Assembly (NCBI GenBank): GCA_963807605.1
Contig: CAWECG010000001.1
Coordinates: 256,001-320,000, forward strand
Length of the DNA stretch: 64,000 nt
DNA from: Candidatus Bathyarchaeota archaeon
GTDB lineage: Archaea > Thermoproteota > Bathyarchaeia > 40CM-2-53-6 > RBG-13-38-9
Reading direction: 5' to 3'
The position numbers and the translations under genes were made by a program. Under the pieces are notes generated by a model. The model did no database searches and was not told the origin of the DNA. It saw only the letters and a program-made list of their open reading frames with translations. Shown here one piece after another: positions 27,251-38,101 of this stretch (position 1 is its first letter; every line of letters starts with the position of its first letter).

Positions 27251-27373
27251 ACGACTGAATGATACACCGACACCTAAAAAAGCTTGATATTCTATTTCAA
27301 GAGAGTCCTAAGTAATACGCGCTGCTCCCAAAAGAACATATGGCGACAATCGAATAGAACCAAAGCAATGTTT

Positions 27374-27451
27374 GCCCCGGTAGCTCAGCTTGGTTAGAGC
27401 GACGGCTTTGTAAGCCGTAAGTCCTGGGACCGAAGCCCAGCCGGGGCTCCA
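27374..27451 (+). tRNA. tRNA-Thr(UGU), intronless, atypical T-loop
   Basis: GCCCCGG..ACGGC TT TGT AA GCCGT..CTGGG ACCGAAG CCCAG CCGGGGC T CCA. Confidence 0.88.
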
Positions 27452-27652
27452 TCCTTCTTCAACTCCCATTCAGACAATATTTGGATCTGGGAGACGCTAG
27501 TGAGCTGAGCAAAGACTGCAGTTTCTTGGGGAGGCATAAAACGAAGCCGCTGATTTGTTGGCTCATGAATATCATTGTTATCTACTTGTTACTAGTTAAT
27601 CTTAGAGCAAGAAGCAAGGACTAGTCTGAGGACGACGTCCTCGTAGGGTTAA

Positions 27653-28882
27653 GTGCCAACCGTGAGATACATTGATTTTGTAAACTTGGGATACAAACCG
27701 AGAGAGGACGATGTGATCTGCGACTTCAGAATTGAGCCGTTAGGCATTAGCATGAAGGAAGCCGCAGGGGGTGTTGCTGCTGAGAGTTCCATTGGGACAT
27801 GGACCGAACTCTCCACGATGAAGTCTTATGTTGAGGAACTCCATGCGACAGTCTTCACGCTCGAGAAAGGCCAAGCCAAGATCGCCTATCCAATCGAGCT
27901 CTTCGAGGCAGGGAATATTCCAAATATCTTTAGTAGCTTGGCAGGTAACGTCTTCGGTCTGAGGGCGATCAAAAATCTACGATTGAAAGATGTTCACTTG
28001 CCCAAGAAACTAGTGAAGACCTTCAAAGGCCCCAAGTATGGAATACCAGGTATCAGAGGGATCCTTCAGGTTCCTCAGAGGCCGCTTGTAGGAACAATAA
28101 TTAAACCAAAGCTGGGGCTGAAAACGCAAGACCATGCGACTGTTGCATATGAGGCATGGGTCGGAGGCTGCGACATAGTCAAGGATGATGAGAACCTAAG
28201 CAACCAGTCATTCAACCCGTTTGAGGACAGAGCTGTAAAGACACTTGATGTGAGAGATCGGGCTGAAGACGAGACTGGCGAAAAGAAGATCTACATGATC
28301 AACGTAACGGCTGAGACAGAAGAGATGCTCAGGCGGGCGGAATTCGTTGAAGAACAGGGTGGAGAGTATGTCATGGTTGACATTCTGACATGTGGTTGGT
28401 CCGCCATCCAGACTCTCAGGGAACATGATTTCAACCTCGTGATTCACGCTCACCGTGCTGGACACGCTGCTTTCACACGAAATCCCCGACATGGTATTGC
28501 TATGCGAGTGATATCAAGAATCGTCAGAGTTCTGGGGCTCGATCAACTTCATGTCGGCGCGGTCGTTGGCAAGATGTCTGAGGAGAAGAGTGAGGTTCAG
28601 GAGAATTGCGATGTGCTCAGGGGAGAGATGTACGGACTGCGGCCTGTCCTTCCAGTAGCTTCAGGCGGCCTGCATCCGGCTCTGGTTCCTTCACTGGTCT
28701 CGATCTTCGGAAACGACTTTGTGATCCAAGCCGGAGGAGGAATACACGGACACAGCGGCGGGACAACCTCCGGAGCAAGAGCTATGAGGCAAGCTCTGGA
28801 CGCAACCATGAACGATATACCATTGAAAGACTACGCAGAGTCTCATGAGGAACTTGGCGCTGCATTGAAGCTTTGGAAGTAG
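27653..28882 (+). CDS. rbcL: Form III RuBisCO
   Basis: AAESSIGTW, GTIIKPKLGL, GCDIVKDDE (carbamylation motif), HAHRAGH, VGKM, SGG and GGGIHGH. Confidence 0.96.
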   Translation: MPTVRYIDFVNLGYKPREDDVICDFRIEPLGISMKEAAGGVAAESSIGTWTELSTMKSYVEELHATVFTLEKGQAKIAYPIELFEAGNIPNIFSSLAGNVFGLRAIKNLRLKDVHLPKKLVKTFKGPKYGIPGIRGILQVPQRPLVGTIIKPKLGLKTQDHATVAYEAWVGGCDIVKDDENLSNQSFNPFEDRAVKTLDVRDRAEDETGEKKIYMINVTAETEEMLRRAEFVEEQGGEYVMVDILTCGWSAIQTLREHDFNLVIHAHRAGHAAFTRNPRHGIAMRVISRIVRVLGLDQLHVGAVVGKMSEEKSEVQENCDVLRGEMYGLRPVLPVASGGLHPALVPSLVSIFGNDFVIQAGGGIHGHSGGTTSGARAMRQALDATMNDIPLKDYAESHEELGAALKLWK

Positions 28883-28894
28883 AGAATTCTTCGT

Positions 28895-30439
28895 CTATCT
28901 TTCTAGGACGAACCGTTCTCTCGGCGGCTTCAACTCTTTGATCTCGCTAAGGGTCATCTCCATCATGTGTCCTACAACCATCGTTGCTTCACCATCAAGG
29001 GCCGCCCGCGCACTCTCCAGTTTTCCAGCCTTCTCCGCGTATAATGTGCAGAGCCGATCCCCCTCGCTGACCTTTTCTCCAAGCTTCTTATGCAGAAGAA
29101 CTCCTGCTCCTTTATCCTTCGGAGACCCTGCGAGCCTTGCGAGATCAACCAGTTTTGCGCTGTTCACCCATAGAACAACGCCAGACTTCTCGGCGAGCAC
29201 ATCAAGTGACTGTTCCCCGATCGGGATGTCCGCCGGCCTTATGCCTGGGTCACCCCCTTGTTCCTCGATTATTTCCCGAAGCTTCTTCTCAGCTCTGCCA
29301 GATCTTAGTATCTCCGCCGCTATAGCTCTGCCGTACGATCTTCCAGTCATGTTCAGAAGCATGCCAGCGATGTCTATTGCCTTGTGGACCAAGTCAGGGT
29401 CCAACTTCAAGTTCATGAGGTTCTCAAGTGCTTCCTTGGCCTCCAAGGCCGGGCCTATAGCATGGCCAATCGGTTGCCCTGCGTAAGTTACCGCGCATTG
29501 GATGACCATATCCATCCTATTCCCCAACTCGATGAAGTCTTGAGCAAGCAGTTGAGCCTGACCCATGGTCTTGACCTTAGCCTCAGCTCCAGTAGGGATA
29601 TCGATGACGACGAAGTCGGCTCCAACGGCCTTTTTCTTGCTGATTATCGAAGGCAAGAGTAAAGGATCTATTGAGAGAGGGTACTCAACTTGGACAAATA
29701 TTTCATCAGCTGGGGCGAGTCGAAGGGTGCCGCCCCAGACAATGCATCCATCGGTCTTGTTGAGGACTCTCTTCATCTCATCGATCTCGAGTCTTACCGG
29801 CATGTAGACTTCAGCTCTGTCAGCGGTTCCTGCGGCTGATGTTATCGCTCTGGAGGAGCTCTTTGGAATAGTTATACCGCAAGCTGCGACGATGGGGACA
29901 ACAAGTAGAGTGGTCTTGTCCCCTGGAACCCCACCGATGGAGTGCTTATCGACGACTAGCTTCTTGTCTAGTTCGAGAGTCTGACCTGTCTCAACCATTG
30001 CCCAGGAAAGGCCTGTGGCTTCGTCAATATCAAGAGCAAAATGGTGCAAAGAAGTCACGAAGGCGGTTATTTCGACCTCGCTGAGGTCTCCGCTGACGAT
30101 GTCCTTAACAATCTCATTGGTTTCATCACGCGTTAGCTTTCGGCCACCAAGCCTGTTTCTTATGTAGTTTAAGGAATTTGGAGGGCTGGAGACTTCAACA
30201 TCAACATCGTCACCTTCTTGAAGTTGAAGATGTGCTTGGGCCTCGTCGTAGACGCCTATGGAACCTTTTGAAACAATACGAGAAGTGGTATTCACTATGG
30301 CTGTTAGCTCACGAATATCTCTTGCAAGCCTTATCCTTCCTAAGCTTCGAACACCGAGCTCTTCAGCATCATCAATGTTGAGGATCGCTACCCACTTTCC
30401 ACCTGCATCAAGATGAAGCAGCTTGGTCCTTAGTCTCAT
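28895..30439 (-). CDS. deoA: AMP phosphorylase
   Basis: DKHSIGGVPG, KSSSRAITSAAGTAD and SIISKK; N-terminal extension typical of AMP phosphorylase. Confidence 0.93.
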   Translation of the reverse strand: MRLRTKLLHLDAGGKWVAILNIDDAEELGVRSLGRIRLARDIRELTAIVNTTSRIVSKGSIGVYDEAQAHLQLQEGDDVDVEVSSPPNSLNYIRNRLGGRKLTRDETNEIVKDIVSGDLSEVEITAFVTSLHHFALDIDEATGLSWAMVETGQTLELDKKLVVDKHSIGGVPGDKTTLLVVPIVAACGITIPKSSSRAITSAAGTADRAEVYMPVRLEIDEMKRVLNKTDGCIVWGGTLRLAPADEIFVQVEYPLSIDPLLLPSIISKKKAVGADFVVIDIPTGAEAKVKTMGQAQLLAQDFIELGNRMDMVIQCAVTYAGQPIGHAIGPALEAKEALENLMNLKLDPDLVHKAIDIAGMLLNMTGRSYGRAIAAEILRSGRAEKKLREIIEEQGGDPGIRPADIPIGEQSLDVLAEKSGVVLWVNSAKLVDLARLAGSPKDKGAGVLLHKKLGEKVSEGDRLCTLYAEKAGKLESARAALDGEATMVVGHMMEMTLSEIKELKPPRERFVLER

Positions 30440-30531
30440 CTGAAAGCATCTCTCCCAGCGTAGCGGTTACATTGACTGATTAATTGTTTTCGAGACCTCC
30501 TAATTGCGTTCTCAGCTCTTAAGGTCGGATC

Positions 30532-31518
30532 TTATTCCTCAGCAACTTTGTATGTTTGGTGCTTCAGCAACTCACTCGGTTGAATTGAGCCGAAGAGTTC
30601 ATGAATAATCATAATTGCGCCTTGCGGTGGGATGACACCTCTCTCAGTGATTATGAGATCTATGTACTCTGGCGGGGTGACGTCGAATCCGGGATTCCTT
30701 ACAGAGATCTTGGGGAACCTTTGAAGCAAAGCTTTGGGGAGTACCTCAGTCGCATCCCGTTCCTCGATCGTGACGAGCTCGCCAATTGCTGTCTCTGGAC
30801 TGAATTTGTAGGTCTCCGACGCAACAATGAAAGGGGTTCGTGCTTCATGAGCTAAAGTTGCTATCGTGGCCGTGCCTATCTTGTTAACGAGCGCACCGTT
30901 GGCGGTTATGGCATCGGCACCGACGATGACACTGTCGACATCCTTCATAAAGTAACGTGCTGCGCTGTCCACTATCACGGTGACAGGGATGCCTTCTCCT
31001 GCAAGCAGTGCTGCGGTCTTCCGGCCCTGAAGTCTAGGTCTGGTCTCAGTAACGTAGACCGAGAATCTCCTCCCGTCGGCCCAAGCTTTCTTCATGACTG
31101 CTGTTGCTGCGTTGCTGTGGCAGTGGGTCATCAATACGTCACCGTTCCTGATCCTTCGTGAGCCTATCTCGCCAATTCTTTCAACAGCCTGTTCTGACTC
31201 TTTGACAAACTCTCTTGCAGCATATATCGCTGTGGACTTCAATCTCTCCAGATTGGCACCTGCTTGTCTTGCAAGGTTAACTCGGTGCATGAGATATCGA
31301 ATACTGTTTGCAAGTGAGACAGCTGTTGGTCTTGTTGAAAGAAGCCTCTTCGAGGCTACCTCAAGTTCCTCGACAAATGCTTCTTCATCTTTAGCCTTCG
31401 ATTCTTTCGCAACCGTCAGCAGGGCTATGACAGCATTCCTAGCAATTCTCCCGGCACCCCTTATATTCATTGTTTCGATGTCAGAGGCGATTCTATCTAA
31501 TCGTTTAACCGAACCCAA
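30532..31518 (-). CDS. Ribose-1,5-bisphosphate isomerase (eIF2B family)
   Basis: IRGA, TRPTAVSL, THCHS, ETRP..QG, VGAD..NKIGT and NP.FDVTP. Confidence 0.93.
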   Translation of the reverse strand: MGSVKRLDRIASDIETMNIRGAGRIARNAVIALLTVAKESKAKDEEAFVEELEVASKRLLSTRPTAVSLANSIRYLMHRVNLARQAGANLERLKSTAIYAAREFVKESEQAVERIGEIGSRRIRNGDVLMTHCHSNAATAVMKKAWADGRRFSVYVTETRPRLQGRKTAALLAGEGIPVTVIVDSAARYFMKDVDSVIVGADAITANGALVNKIGTATIATLAHEARTPFIVASETYKFSPETAIGELVTIEERDATEVLPKALLQRFPKISVRNPGFDVTPPEYIDLIITERGVIPPQGAIMIIHELFGSIQPSELLKHQTYKVAEE

Positions 31519-31793
31519 TAATCATCGTCCTAGGGAAGTGTCTGTCGATGATAATCAAGAACTTTTTCATCGATACGAATCTCCCCGACTTGAATTTGCA
31601 AACTTCAACTGTGCCGCCTATTTCTCCAAGTCGCTTGCTCTCTTGGATATCTGTTCGAGTAATTTGGTAAGGTCTAAAAAAAGTGAACTTGCGTCTTCGA
31701 TGCAAGCATGTTCTCGTGGGCTAGTCTAGTTTTACTTCGGAGTTTCACGTAAAATAACAAGACTTTTTATCTGCTTTTCTAGACTAAGATGCG

Positions 31794-33005
31794 ATGCCAG
31801 GTAACAGAGATATTAGAGGCATGTGGGTTTCTTCCCCGCATAGCTATGAGGGTTTGATGTCTGAAGATTGTGTTCGGAACTGGATTAACAACTATACGAG
31901 TCAAGCTACTCGTGAGGCTTACATGCGCTGTCTTGAGATCGTTTGCAGGACGATGGGATTCAGTCAGGCGCAGCAACTTTTGGATCTGAGTTCTGAGCAA
32001 GCTAGGAGAAGAGTTCTGCAGATCACTCAGGCGTATCTGCAGCGGGGCAAGTTCACAATGGCCAGACAGATCCGAATAACAACCAAGGGGTTCTTTGAGG
32101 CTAATGATAAGGAGCTAAAGTTCAAGCGCGCGGAGCGGATTCGCAAGATCAGGACCAAGGTCTCTCAAGAGATCATACCAGACAAAGAGACTGTCTACAG
32201 GATGGCCGGGGTCTTAACAAATCCGAGAGATCGTGCTATACTTCTTTGCTTGTTTCAGAGCGGCGCCCGAGTTGGATGCCTGGTCAACTGGACCGTAGGG
32301 CTGGTGCGTGACCAACTCTATCCGAAGATAAAGATCCCAGTCAGACTGAGGATAACGAACAAGATTGATACGAAGCTCACCGGCTACGGTCCAGGCTATT
32401 ACTATGCTTTCCTGCAGGAAGAGGCGGCTGAGGCTCTGAGGACATATCTCGATCAGCGTCTGGGCACAGAGACAGAACCTGGACATAGTGCCCCTCTATT
32501 CACGCCGATAGCCAAGCATGCTAGGAAGAACGTTACTGATGAGGCCCGCATCTTAGGCATCATCAAGAAATCTGCCAAGCGGATAGGCCTAGATTCCAAA
32601 AACATTTGGACCCACTGTCTGAGAAAGACCTTCAGCAAGATCCTTAACGCTTCTGATATCGATGAGGACACCAAGGAAGCCCTAATGGGTCATACTCTGC
32701 CAGGAAGCCGGGGCAGCTACTTTGACATGCATGACATTGATGAGATAGCTACAAAATACATGAAAGCCAACTTCAGCTCAAGACTCGATGTGATGGCAGA
32801 ACTAGAACAGAGGGACCGAACTATACAGGAACTGCATCAAAGACTCGCCCAGTACGAGACACAGATGAAACGCCTCACCAGACTGAGCGACGAAGAGATA
32901 GAAGCAGTACGAAAACTGATCGCCACCAAAAAAGCGCAAAATGAAAACACACAACCAGAAACCTACCCAATCAGCAGTTCAAATTCGGCTATTCTCACCA
33001 GCTAA
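31794..33005 (+). mobile_element. Tyrosine recombinase/site-specific integrase
   Basis: RDRAILL..SGARV, HCLRK and MGH...Y catalytic residues; C-terminal coiled coil. Confidence 0.88.
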
Positions 33006-33275
33006 GGGGGGATATAGGTAATTTGACTCTTTGGCGGGGATCGTGGAAGTCGGTTTTTCGACGTGTACATCCACGAAGACATTTCTGAGATAATGTTAGC
33101 TTGCGTGGGCTCGCCAGTTATGACGCACACAAAAGGATATCAACAACCCTAGGTACATGTGCGCCTAATCTTGATTTATCAGCTCTCGAGCTACTCGTCG
33201 ACTGATAGGTCCTACAGGAACGTTGGTGACAACTTTTTGCGCAAAAAGATTGATCGCTGTGTGAATCCGTCTAAC

Positions 33276-33300
33276 AAAAAAGAAAAAAGAAAAAGGGGAA
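33276..33300 (-). terminator. T-rich terminator
   Basis: A-tracts on the plus strand (T-tracts on minus) immediately after the stop at 33308. Confidence 0.55.
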
Positions 33301-33307
33301 GTGTGGC

Positions 33308-34705
33308 CTACTTAATTGTAGACCATTTTGCCATCGGATATCTCAGCGGCGACCTCTCAACCGGGTAGACACAGACTGGCTTCCCATCCTGCCACTGAAG
33401 AATTGACATCTTGTGACCTGTCTGCCAGCCTGTCACCGGGTCAAATGCAATGTCACCGAAGAAATCGGTGAATTTCACAGCACTGACAGCCTGTCTCATC
33501 GCATCAGAGTCCAGCGGGTTACTACATTTCTCCATCGCAGCTTGCAGGATAAGACCCTGCGTGAAACCCGTCCCCGACGTGTACCCAGGCGGTTTGCCTC
33601 CGGAGAGAACGTTGTATTGTGAAACGAACCAGTCTTCCGTCGGTCCATAATTCTCTGGATAATCCTCTCCTACAACCCACTGAGTTATAGAGACCTGGTC
33701 TTCACCATACTTGGGGCCTAGTCCATCGTAGAATGACTGATACACCGCTCCTGTACCACAGTACAGCATTGACAGATCCAGCCCGATCTCCCGAACACCC
33801 TTTGCAACTAGGGGTGCTTTAACGCCGGCTTCGAATAGAAGAATCGTTGGGTTAGCTGCTTTGACCCTTGTAAGTACCGGGGTAAAATCTGTTGAGTCAA
33901 AAGACACCTTCTCAGTGAAGACTATGTTAAGCTGAGATTGCTTCTGCGCATACGCAAGACCATATGTTCCAGCTACGTTTCCAAATGCGTCGTCGGTGTA
34001 AACTATCGCTACGTTCTTTGCAGTAGGATCGTTGGGTAGGACCTTGCTGATGATCATGTCGTTTAGGCTGTTCAGATACTCGCTTCCGTTAGTCTGCACC
34101 ATCATGCAATATTTCCAGTTCTTCCACAGCGTCGGGTCAAAGGTAGACTCTCCCCATATCTCTAGTTTATGATACTTCTCCACAGCAGCAACCGTTGCTT
34201 GGCCAAGAGGCCCCCAAACAGGGCCCACCAGGAAGTCGACTTTATCCTGGCTGATCAGTTGCTCATAGAATCTGCTGACATTCTCAGGCTTTGACTCATC
34301 ATTGTAGATATCCAAATCGACCATGTACGTGTTTCCGTCTCCGGCCTTTATCCCACCTTGAGCGTTGACCCAACTATTCGCCCAGATTGTCAACCCACGA
34401 TCTTCATCTATACCAAATAGAGACACAACACCGGTTAGAGGCTTAGTTCCACCAATTTTCACTTTCAGTTGCTGGCCGCCAGTGCTTGTCATAGTGGGAG
34501 TTGCAGATGACTTAATGGCACTTGGGGTCACAGGCTTTCCGTAAAACTGGTAAGCGCCATATCCAGCAGCAGCTATCACACCCACAGCAACAATGCCGCC
34601 AGCGTATTTCAGATAGGCACGTCTAGTAATCTTCTTCTTTTCTTCAGTCGTCTTCTCTTCAACCTTCTTTTCTTCGCTAGGTTTTTCTTCACTCAAATTG
34701 AACAC
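33308..34705 (-). CDS. Branched-chain amino acid (LivK-type) ABC substrate-binding protein, Tat-anchored
   Basis: ITRRAYLK Tat motif + TM; PLTG, VN.QGGI, YNDESKP and DKVDFL.GP. Confidence 0.85.
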   Translation of the reverse strand: MFNLSEEKPSEEKKVEEKTTEEKKKITRRAYLKYAGGIVAVGVIAAAGYGAYQFYGKPVTPSAIKSSATPTMTSTGGQQLKVKIGGTKPLTGVVSLFGIDEDRGLTIWANSWVNAQGGIKAGDGNTYMVDLDIYNDESKPENVSRFYEQLISQDKVDFLVGPVWGPLGQATVAAVEKYHKLEIWGESTFDPTLWKNWKYCMMVQTNGSEYLNSLNDMIISKVLPNDPTAKNVAIVYTDDAFGNVAGTYGLAYAQKQSQLNIVFTEKVSFDSTDFTPVLTRVKAANPTILLFEAGVKAPLVAKGVREIGLDLSMLYCGTGAVYQSFYDGLGPKYGEDQVSITQWVVGEDYPENYGPTEDWFVSQYNVLSGGKPPGYTSGTGFTQGLILQAAMEKCSNPLDSDAMRQAVSAVKFTDFFGDIAFDPVTGWQTGHKMSILQWQDGKPVCVYPVERSPLRYPMAKWSTIK

Positions 34706-34930
34706 CAGGACTATTAGGTAAGAAATGTCATGCTTATACGTCTAACTCATGCCTGGATCCCTTCTCCTAGTAAGGCATCCAGTCCTCAATGTTAAGTCTA
34801 GAATGTGAACCCTGATTACCAAGGAGATCGAGAAGGACGGTATGAACAATGGCTCGCTATCGCCCGGCTAGAGAGCATGATTCTGTCGTCTTACGTGTAT
34901 AACCAATTGTTGATACGCGCGCAAATGGTG

Positions 34931-35737
34931 TCATCCTATCCTGAAGCATCTCATGGATATGGAGCCGTACTGAAACCCTTCGTAGGTGAATGTTACTGGT
35001 TCGTCCTTCTGCTGCAGCGCGATCACGTATATCATTGGCAGGTAATGTTCGAGTGTTGGCACCGCGTATGAAGCCACCCTGCCCATGCTCTCACAGTTCA
35101 TTAAGTCTTTGTGATTCCTGTCGATTAGATTGGTCTTCGTCTTTTCATCAAATTCGACAGCCCAATCGTAGGGCTCGGCGTCAATGTCACTGGAATCGAT
35201 CAATCGGAGATTGTGTACAATGTTACCGCTACCCATAATCAAGACTCCATTTTTTCTAAATTCGACAAGTTGAGACGCTAAATCGTAGTGATACTGCAAT
35301 GGTTTGGGGTTCCAATCATTGAATGAATAGTCTAGGCTCATCTCAAATACGGGGAGGTCAGCTTTGGGGTAGATATGTTTCAGAATGGCCCATGAAGCAT
35401 GATCCAGTCCCCAATCAGTGTCACAGTCGATCTTCACCATCTTTACTGATCTAATAACCGATTTCGCATAGTTTGGAGCGCCAAGGCTTGGATAGTTAAT
35501 CTTGTACAATTCTTTAGGGAATCCGTAGAAATCGTGGATTGTTCTAGGCTTTTCCATGCAGGTAACGTAAGTTCCTTCCGTCAGCCAGTGCGCTGAAATT
35601 ACTAGTATTGCTCGTGGCTTCGGCAGGCTTCTGCCCAACTCTGCCAGACTATTCGTGAAGTCGTTTCTCTGAACTATGTTCATGGGAGAGCCGTGGCCTA
35701 CGAAGAGAACAGGCATTGATTTATCGTTCAAGATCAT
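34931..35737 (-). CDS. ygiD: 4,5-DOPA extradiol dioxygenase (YgiD/LigB family)
   Basis: FVGHGSPMN, ISAHW, TIHDFYGFP, GLDH, GSGNIVHNL and PTLEHYLP. Confidence 0.9.
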   Translation of the reverse strand: MILNDKSMPVLFVGHGSPMNIVQRNDFTNSLAELGRSLPKPRAILVISAHWLTEGTYVTCMEKPRTIHDFYGFPKELYKINYPSLGAPNYAKSVIRSVKMVKIDCDTDWGLDHASWAILKHIYPKADLPVFEMSLDYSFNDWNPKPLQYHYDLASQLVEFRKNGVLIMGSGNIVHNLRLIDSSDIDAEPYDWAVEFDEKTKTNLIDRNHKDLMNCESMGRVASYAVPTLEHYLPMIYVIALQQKDEPVTFTYEGFQYGSISMRCFRIG

Positions 35738-35828
35738 TCTACCATTCTCGGACTTCTAGATCAAGCGTTAGAAAGCCCCTCTTACAGGGGTGAACGCATA
35801 CGCGTTCGTATTGATAATCGCAGACTTG

Positions 35829-37094
35829 TTATCTTGCCAGATTTCCTAGGACGTCGAACACCATGTCTCTTGCTTCACTTACAACTTTTACCTTCTTTAG
35901 TTCGGGGTTTTGGTCGATTTCTTGTCTAAGAGCCTCTGATATCAGGAATCTCTCCAGTTCAAGAGTGTTTTTGATTAAAACTATTTTGGCTTTCTTCTGA
36001 TCTTTGACGCCTGCTATTCTCAATCCCATTAGTATAGCATCCCTATCGCACGATAGGAAGGTGGGTATTTTGCTTGCTTCAACCCACCCTGATGTCAAGG
36101 TGTTGACGAAAGTCTTCTCAAAATCTATCTTGTCAAATAGTCTTCTTGTCGTTAAGTCAGCCCCGCCCAAACCCGTAGCGTTACCTTCACTATCAGTGGT
36201 CAAGTCGAGTACGACAATCTTCCCTACTTTCGGGGCCTGAGGTTCATGCTCAGTCGGGACGTAGAATCTGCCAGTAACGTTTGGATCCATCCCCGCGCCG
36301 CTAATCTCCTTTCCGATTTCATCAATAACTAAGAGGTCTATCTCTTTGAATGGTATTCTGGCTAAGTATCTCTTTGAAATTCTTTGGAGTTCGATCTCTT
36401 CTTCAATTATTCTTTCAGGTGGAATAGCCTTGATGATGGCGGTTTCGTGATAGCCATTCTCCACGATTGCTAATCCACATATTATCTTCGTCTTCCCCAG
36501 TATTATCTTAGCCATCTTCACTAGCATCTTGTGGTAGCCATCTGCAAGGAAGGAATGTAATGATTCAGCGCCTTTCTGTTTTCCCAGGCCGATGACCATC
36601 ATCTTGGCTAGCCCGCTTTCAATCTCATCTTTGAAGTCTGTATGTGGTTTGACCCTGTTCACTACTACTATTCCATCTGCCTTGTGAGCATCCCTGCTCA
36701 TGTATACGGCAGTTCCATCCTCAAGATGGCCGATAACATCCACTTCCAAGGAGGAGACTATAGGTGCGCCAACGTGTTCAGGCGTTATTCCATAATTTGC
36801 TAAGAGTTCAACTTGGCCTTCCGGCGTTGCACCGCCGTGACTTCCCATGGCTGGGACAATAAATGGCTTTCCACCACACTTCTTAACTTCCTCGACGACC
36901 GCGGCGATTATGTCAACAATATTGGCGATACCTCTACTGCCAGCAGTTATGACAATACTATCCCCTGGCTTTATCCTTGAATGGAGATTAAGGGTATGGC
37001 GGACTTCATCTTTGACATTCTGAATTTTAACAGAAATAAGCTCCTGCTCAACTTCAAACATTTTAGGTAGACTGGCAGGATCAGACATAAACAT
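35829..37094 (-). CDS. LarA-like / DUF2088 domain protein (putative hydroxy-acid epimerase)
   Basis: TAGSRGIAN, PAMGSHGGAT.EGQ, NRVKPHTDF, GLGKQKGA..H and GKEISGAGMD.N. Confidence 0.75.
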   Translation of the reverse strand: MFMSDPASLPKMFEVEQELISVKIQNVKDEVRHTLNLHSRIKPGDSIVITAGSRGIANIVDIIAAVVEEVKKCGGKPFIVPAMGSHGGATPEGQVELLANYGITPEHVGAPIVSSLEVDVIGHLEDGTAVYMSRDAHKADGIVVVNRVKPHTDFKDEIESGLAKMMVIGLGKQKGAESLHSFLADGYHKMLVKMAKIILGKTKIICGLAIVENGYHETAIIKAIPPERIIEEEIELQRISKRYLARIPFKEIDLLVIDEIGKEISGAGMDPNVTGRFYVPTEHEPQAPKVGKIVVLDLTTDSEGNATGLGGADLTTRRLFDKIDFEKTFVNTLTSGWVEASKIPTFLSCDRDAILMGLRIAGVKDQKKAKIVLIKNTLELERFLISEALRQEIDQNPELKKVKVVSEARDMVFDVLGNLAR

Positions 37095-37238
37095 CAGACC
37101 AATATTGGTTGCCTATAAGGTTTAGACTGAGATCGAACAGGACACTTACTCTCGTCTCTTGCACAGAGATAGGACTTTAGGCTGATCAGATGCGAGCCTA
37201 CGCTATGACCCTGATTACTGCCACGATACTGCAAGTCC

Positions 37239-38009
37239 TCAGACACTTATTGAGAAGCCCCCGTCCACTGGCAGGGCTACACCTGTTACGAAGTCAGACG
37301 CGCGGCTCGCCAGGAAAATGGCTGCACCCTTTATGTCTTCAGGCTCACCCCAACGTTTAGCAGGTGTGCGAACCAGCACTCGCTCATTTAGGCCAGGAAC
37401 ATCCTTTCTCAGTGCTACAGTCAGATCAGTGTTGATGTATCCCGGCAAGATTGCATTCACCTGAATATTGTCCGGTGCCCATGCGACCGCAAGGCTGCGC
37501 GTGAGTTGCACAATTCCTCCTTTGCTTGCTCCATATGCTGGAGCCTTAGACATTCCAAGAATTGATAGCACTGAGCCAATGTTGATGATCTTTCCTCCCC
37601 CTGTTTTTTTCATAATTGGATAAACCTCCTTCGAAATCAAGAACGCGCTGCGAAGGTTGATGTTAAGAACCTCATCCCACTCTGCTGCCGAAAGGTCCTG
37701 TGGCAGCTTTCGGATGTTCGTTCCGGCGTTATTCACCAGAATATCGATCCGCCCGAATTTATCAAGTACCTGCTTCACCATAAGCCGGATGTGTTCCTCT
37801 TGCTGCACATCAACTTGGATGCCAAGGACTCTTACACCAAACTCGTCTATGATTTCGCGCGTGACTTTCGCTGTTTTGTCTTGGTTCCTTGCCGCTATGA
37901 CAATTTGGCTCCCGACCTCAGCAAACCCTCGAGCAATTCCCCTACCTATGCCTCCATTGCCCCCCGTTACGATAGCTACCTTATCCTTTAGGCTAAACAG
38001 ATCTTCCAT
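37239..38009 (-). CDS. SDR oxidoreductase (KduD/gluconate 5-dehydrogenase-like)
   Basis: TGGNGGIG, NNAG, YGASK and PVDGG. Confidence 0.9.
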   Translation of the reverse strand: MEDLFSLKDKVAIVTGGNGGIGRGIARGFAEVGSQIVIAARNQDKTAKVTREIIDEFGVRVLGIQVDVQQEEHIRLMVKQVLDKFGRIDILVNNAGTNIRKLPQDLSAAEWDEVLNINLRSAFLISKEVYPIMKKTGGGKIINIGSVLSILGMSKAPAYGASKGGIVQLTRSLAVAWAPDNIQVNAILPGYINTDLTVALRKDVPGLNERVLVRTPAKRWGEPEDIKGAAIFLASRASDFVTGVALPVDGGFSISV

Positions 38010-38101
38010 GTTTCTCTCCGACTGGAAATGTGGATGCTTCGGATATAATTCTATAGCACGCTTCGCCTTTGGAAATCACCATTATAGGTTGGCGCGCTAG
38101 C

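Noticed and set aside
28938-31729. Long antisense ORFs (e.g. 28938-29486, 31094-31729)
   Set aside because: They overlap well-supported genes on the opposite strand and have no motifs.
31720-31790. Short inverted repeats (tagtctag/ctagacta; ttttac/gtaaaa) upstream of the integrase as att/dif site
   Set aside because: Too short to distinguish from chance, and no partner site was found.
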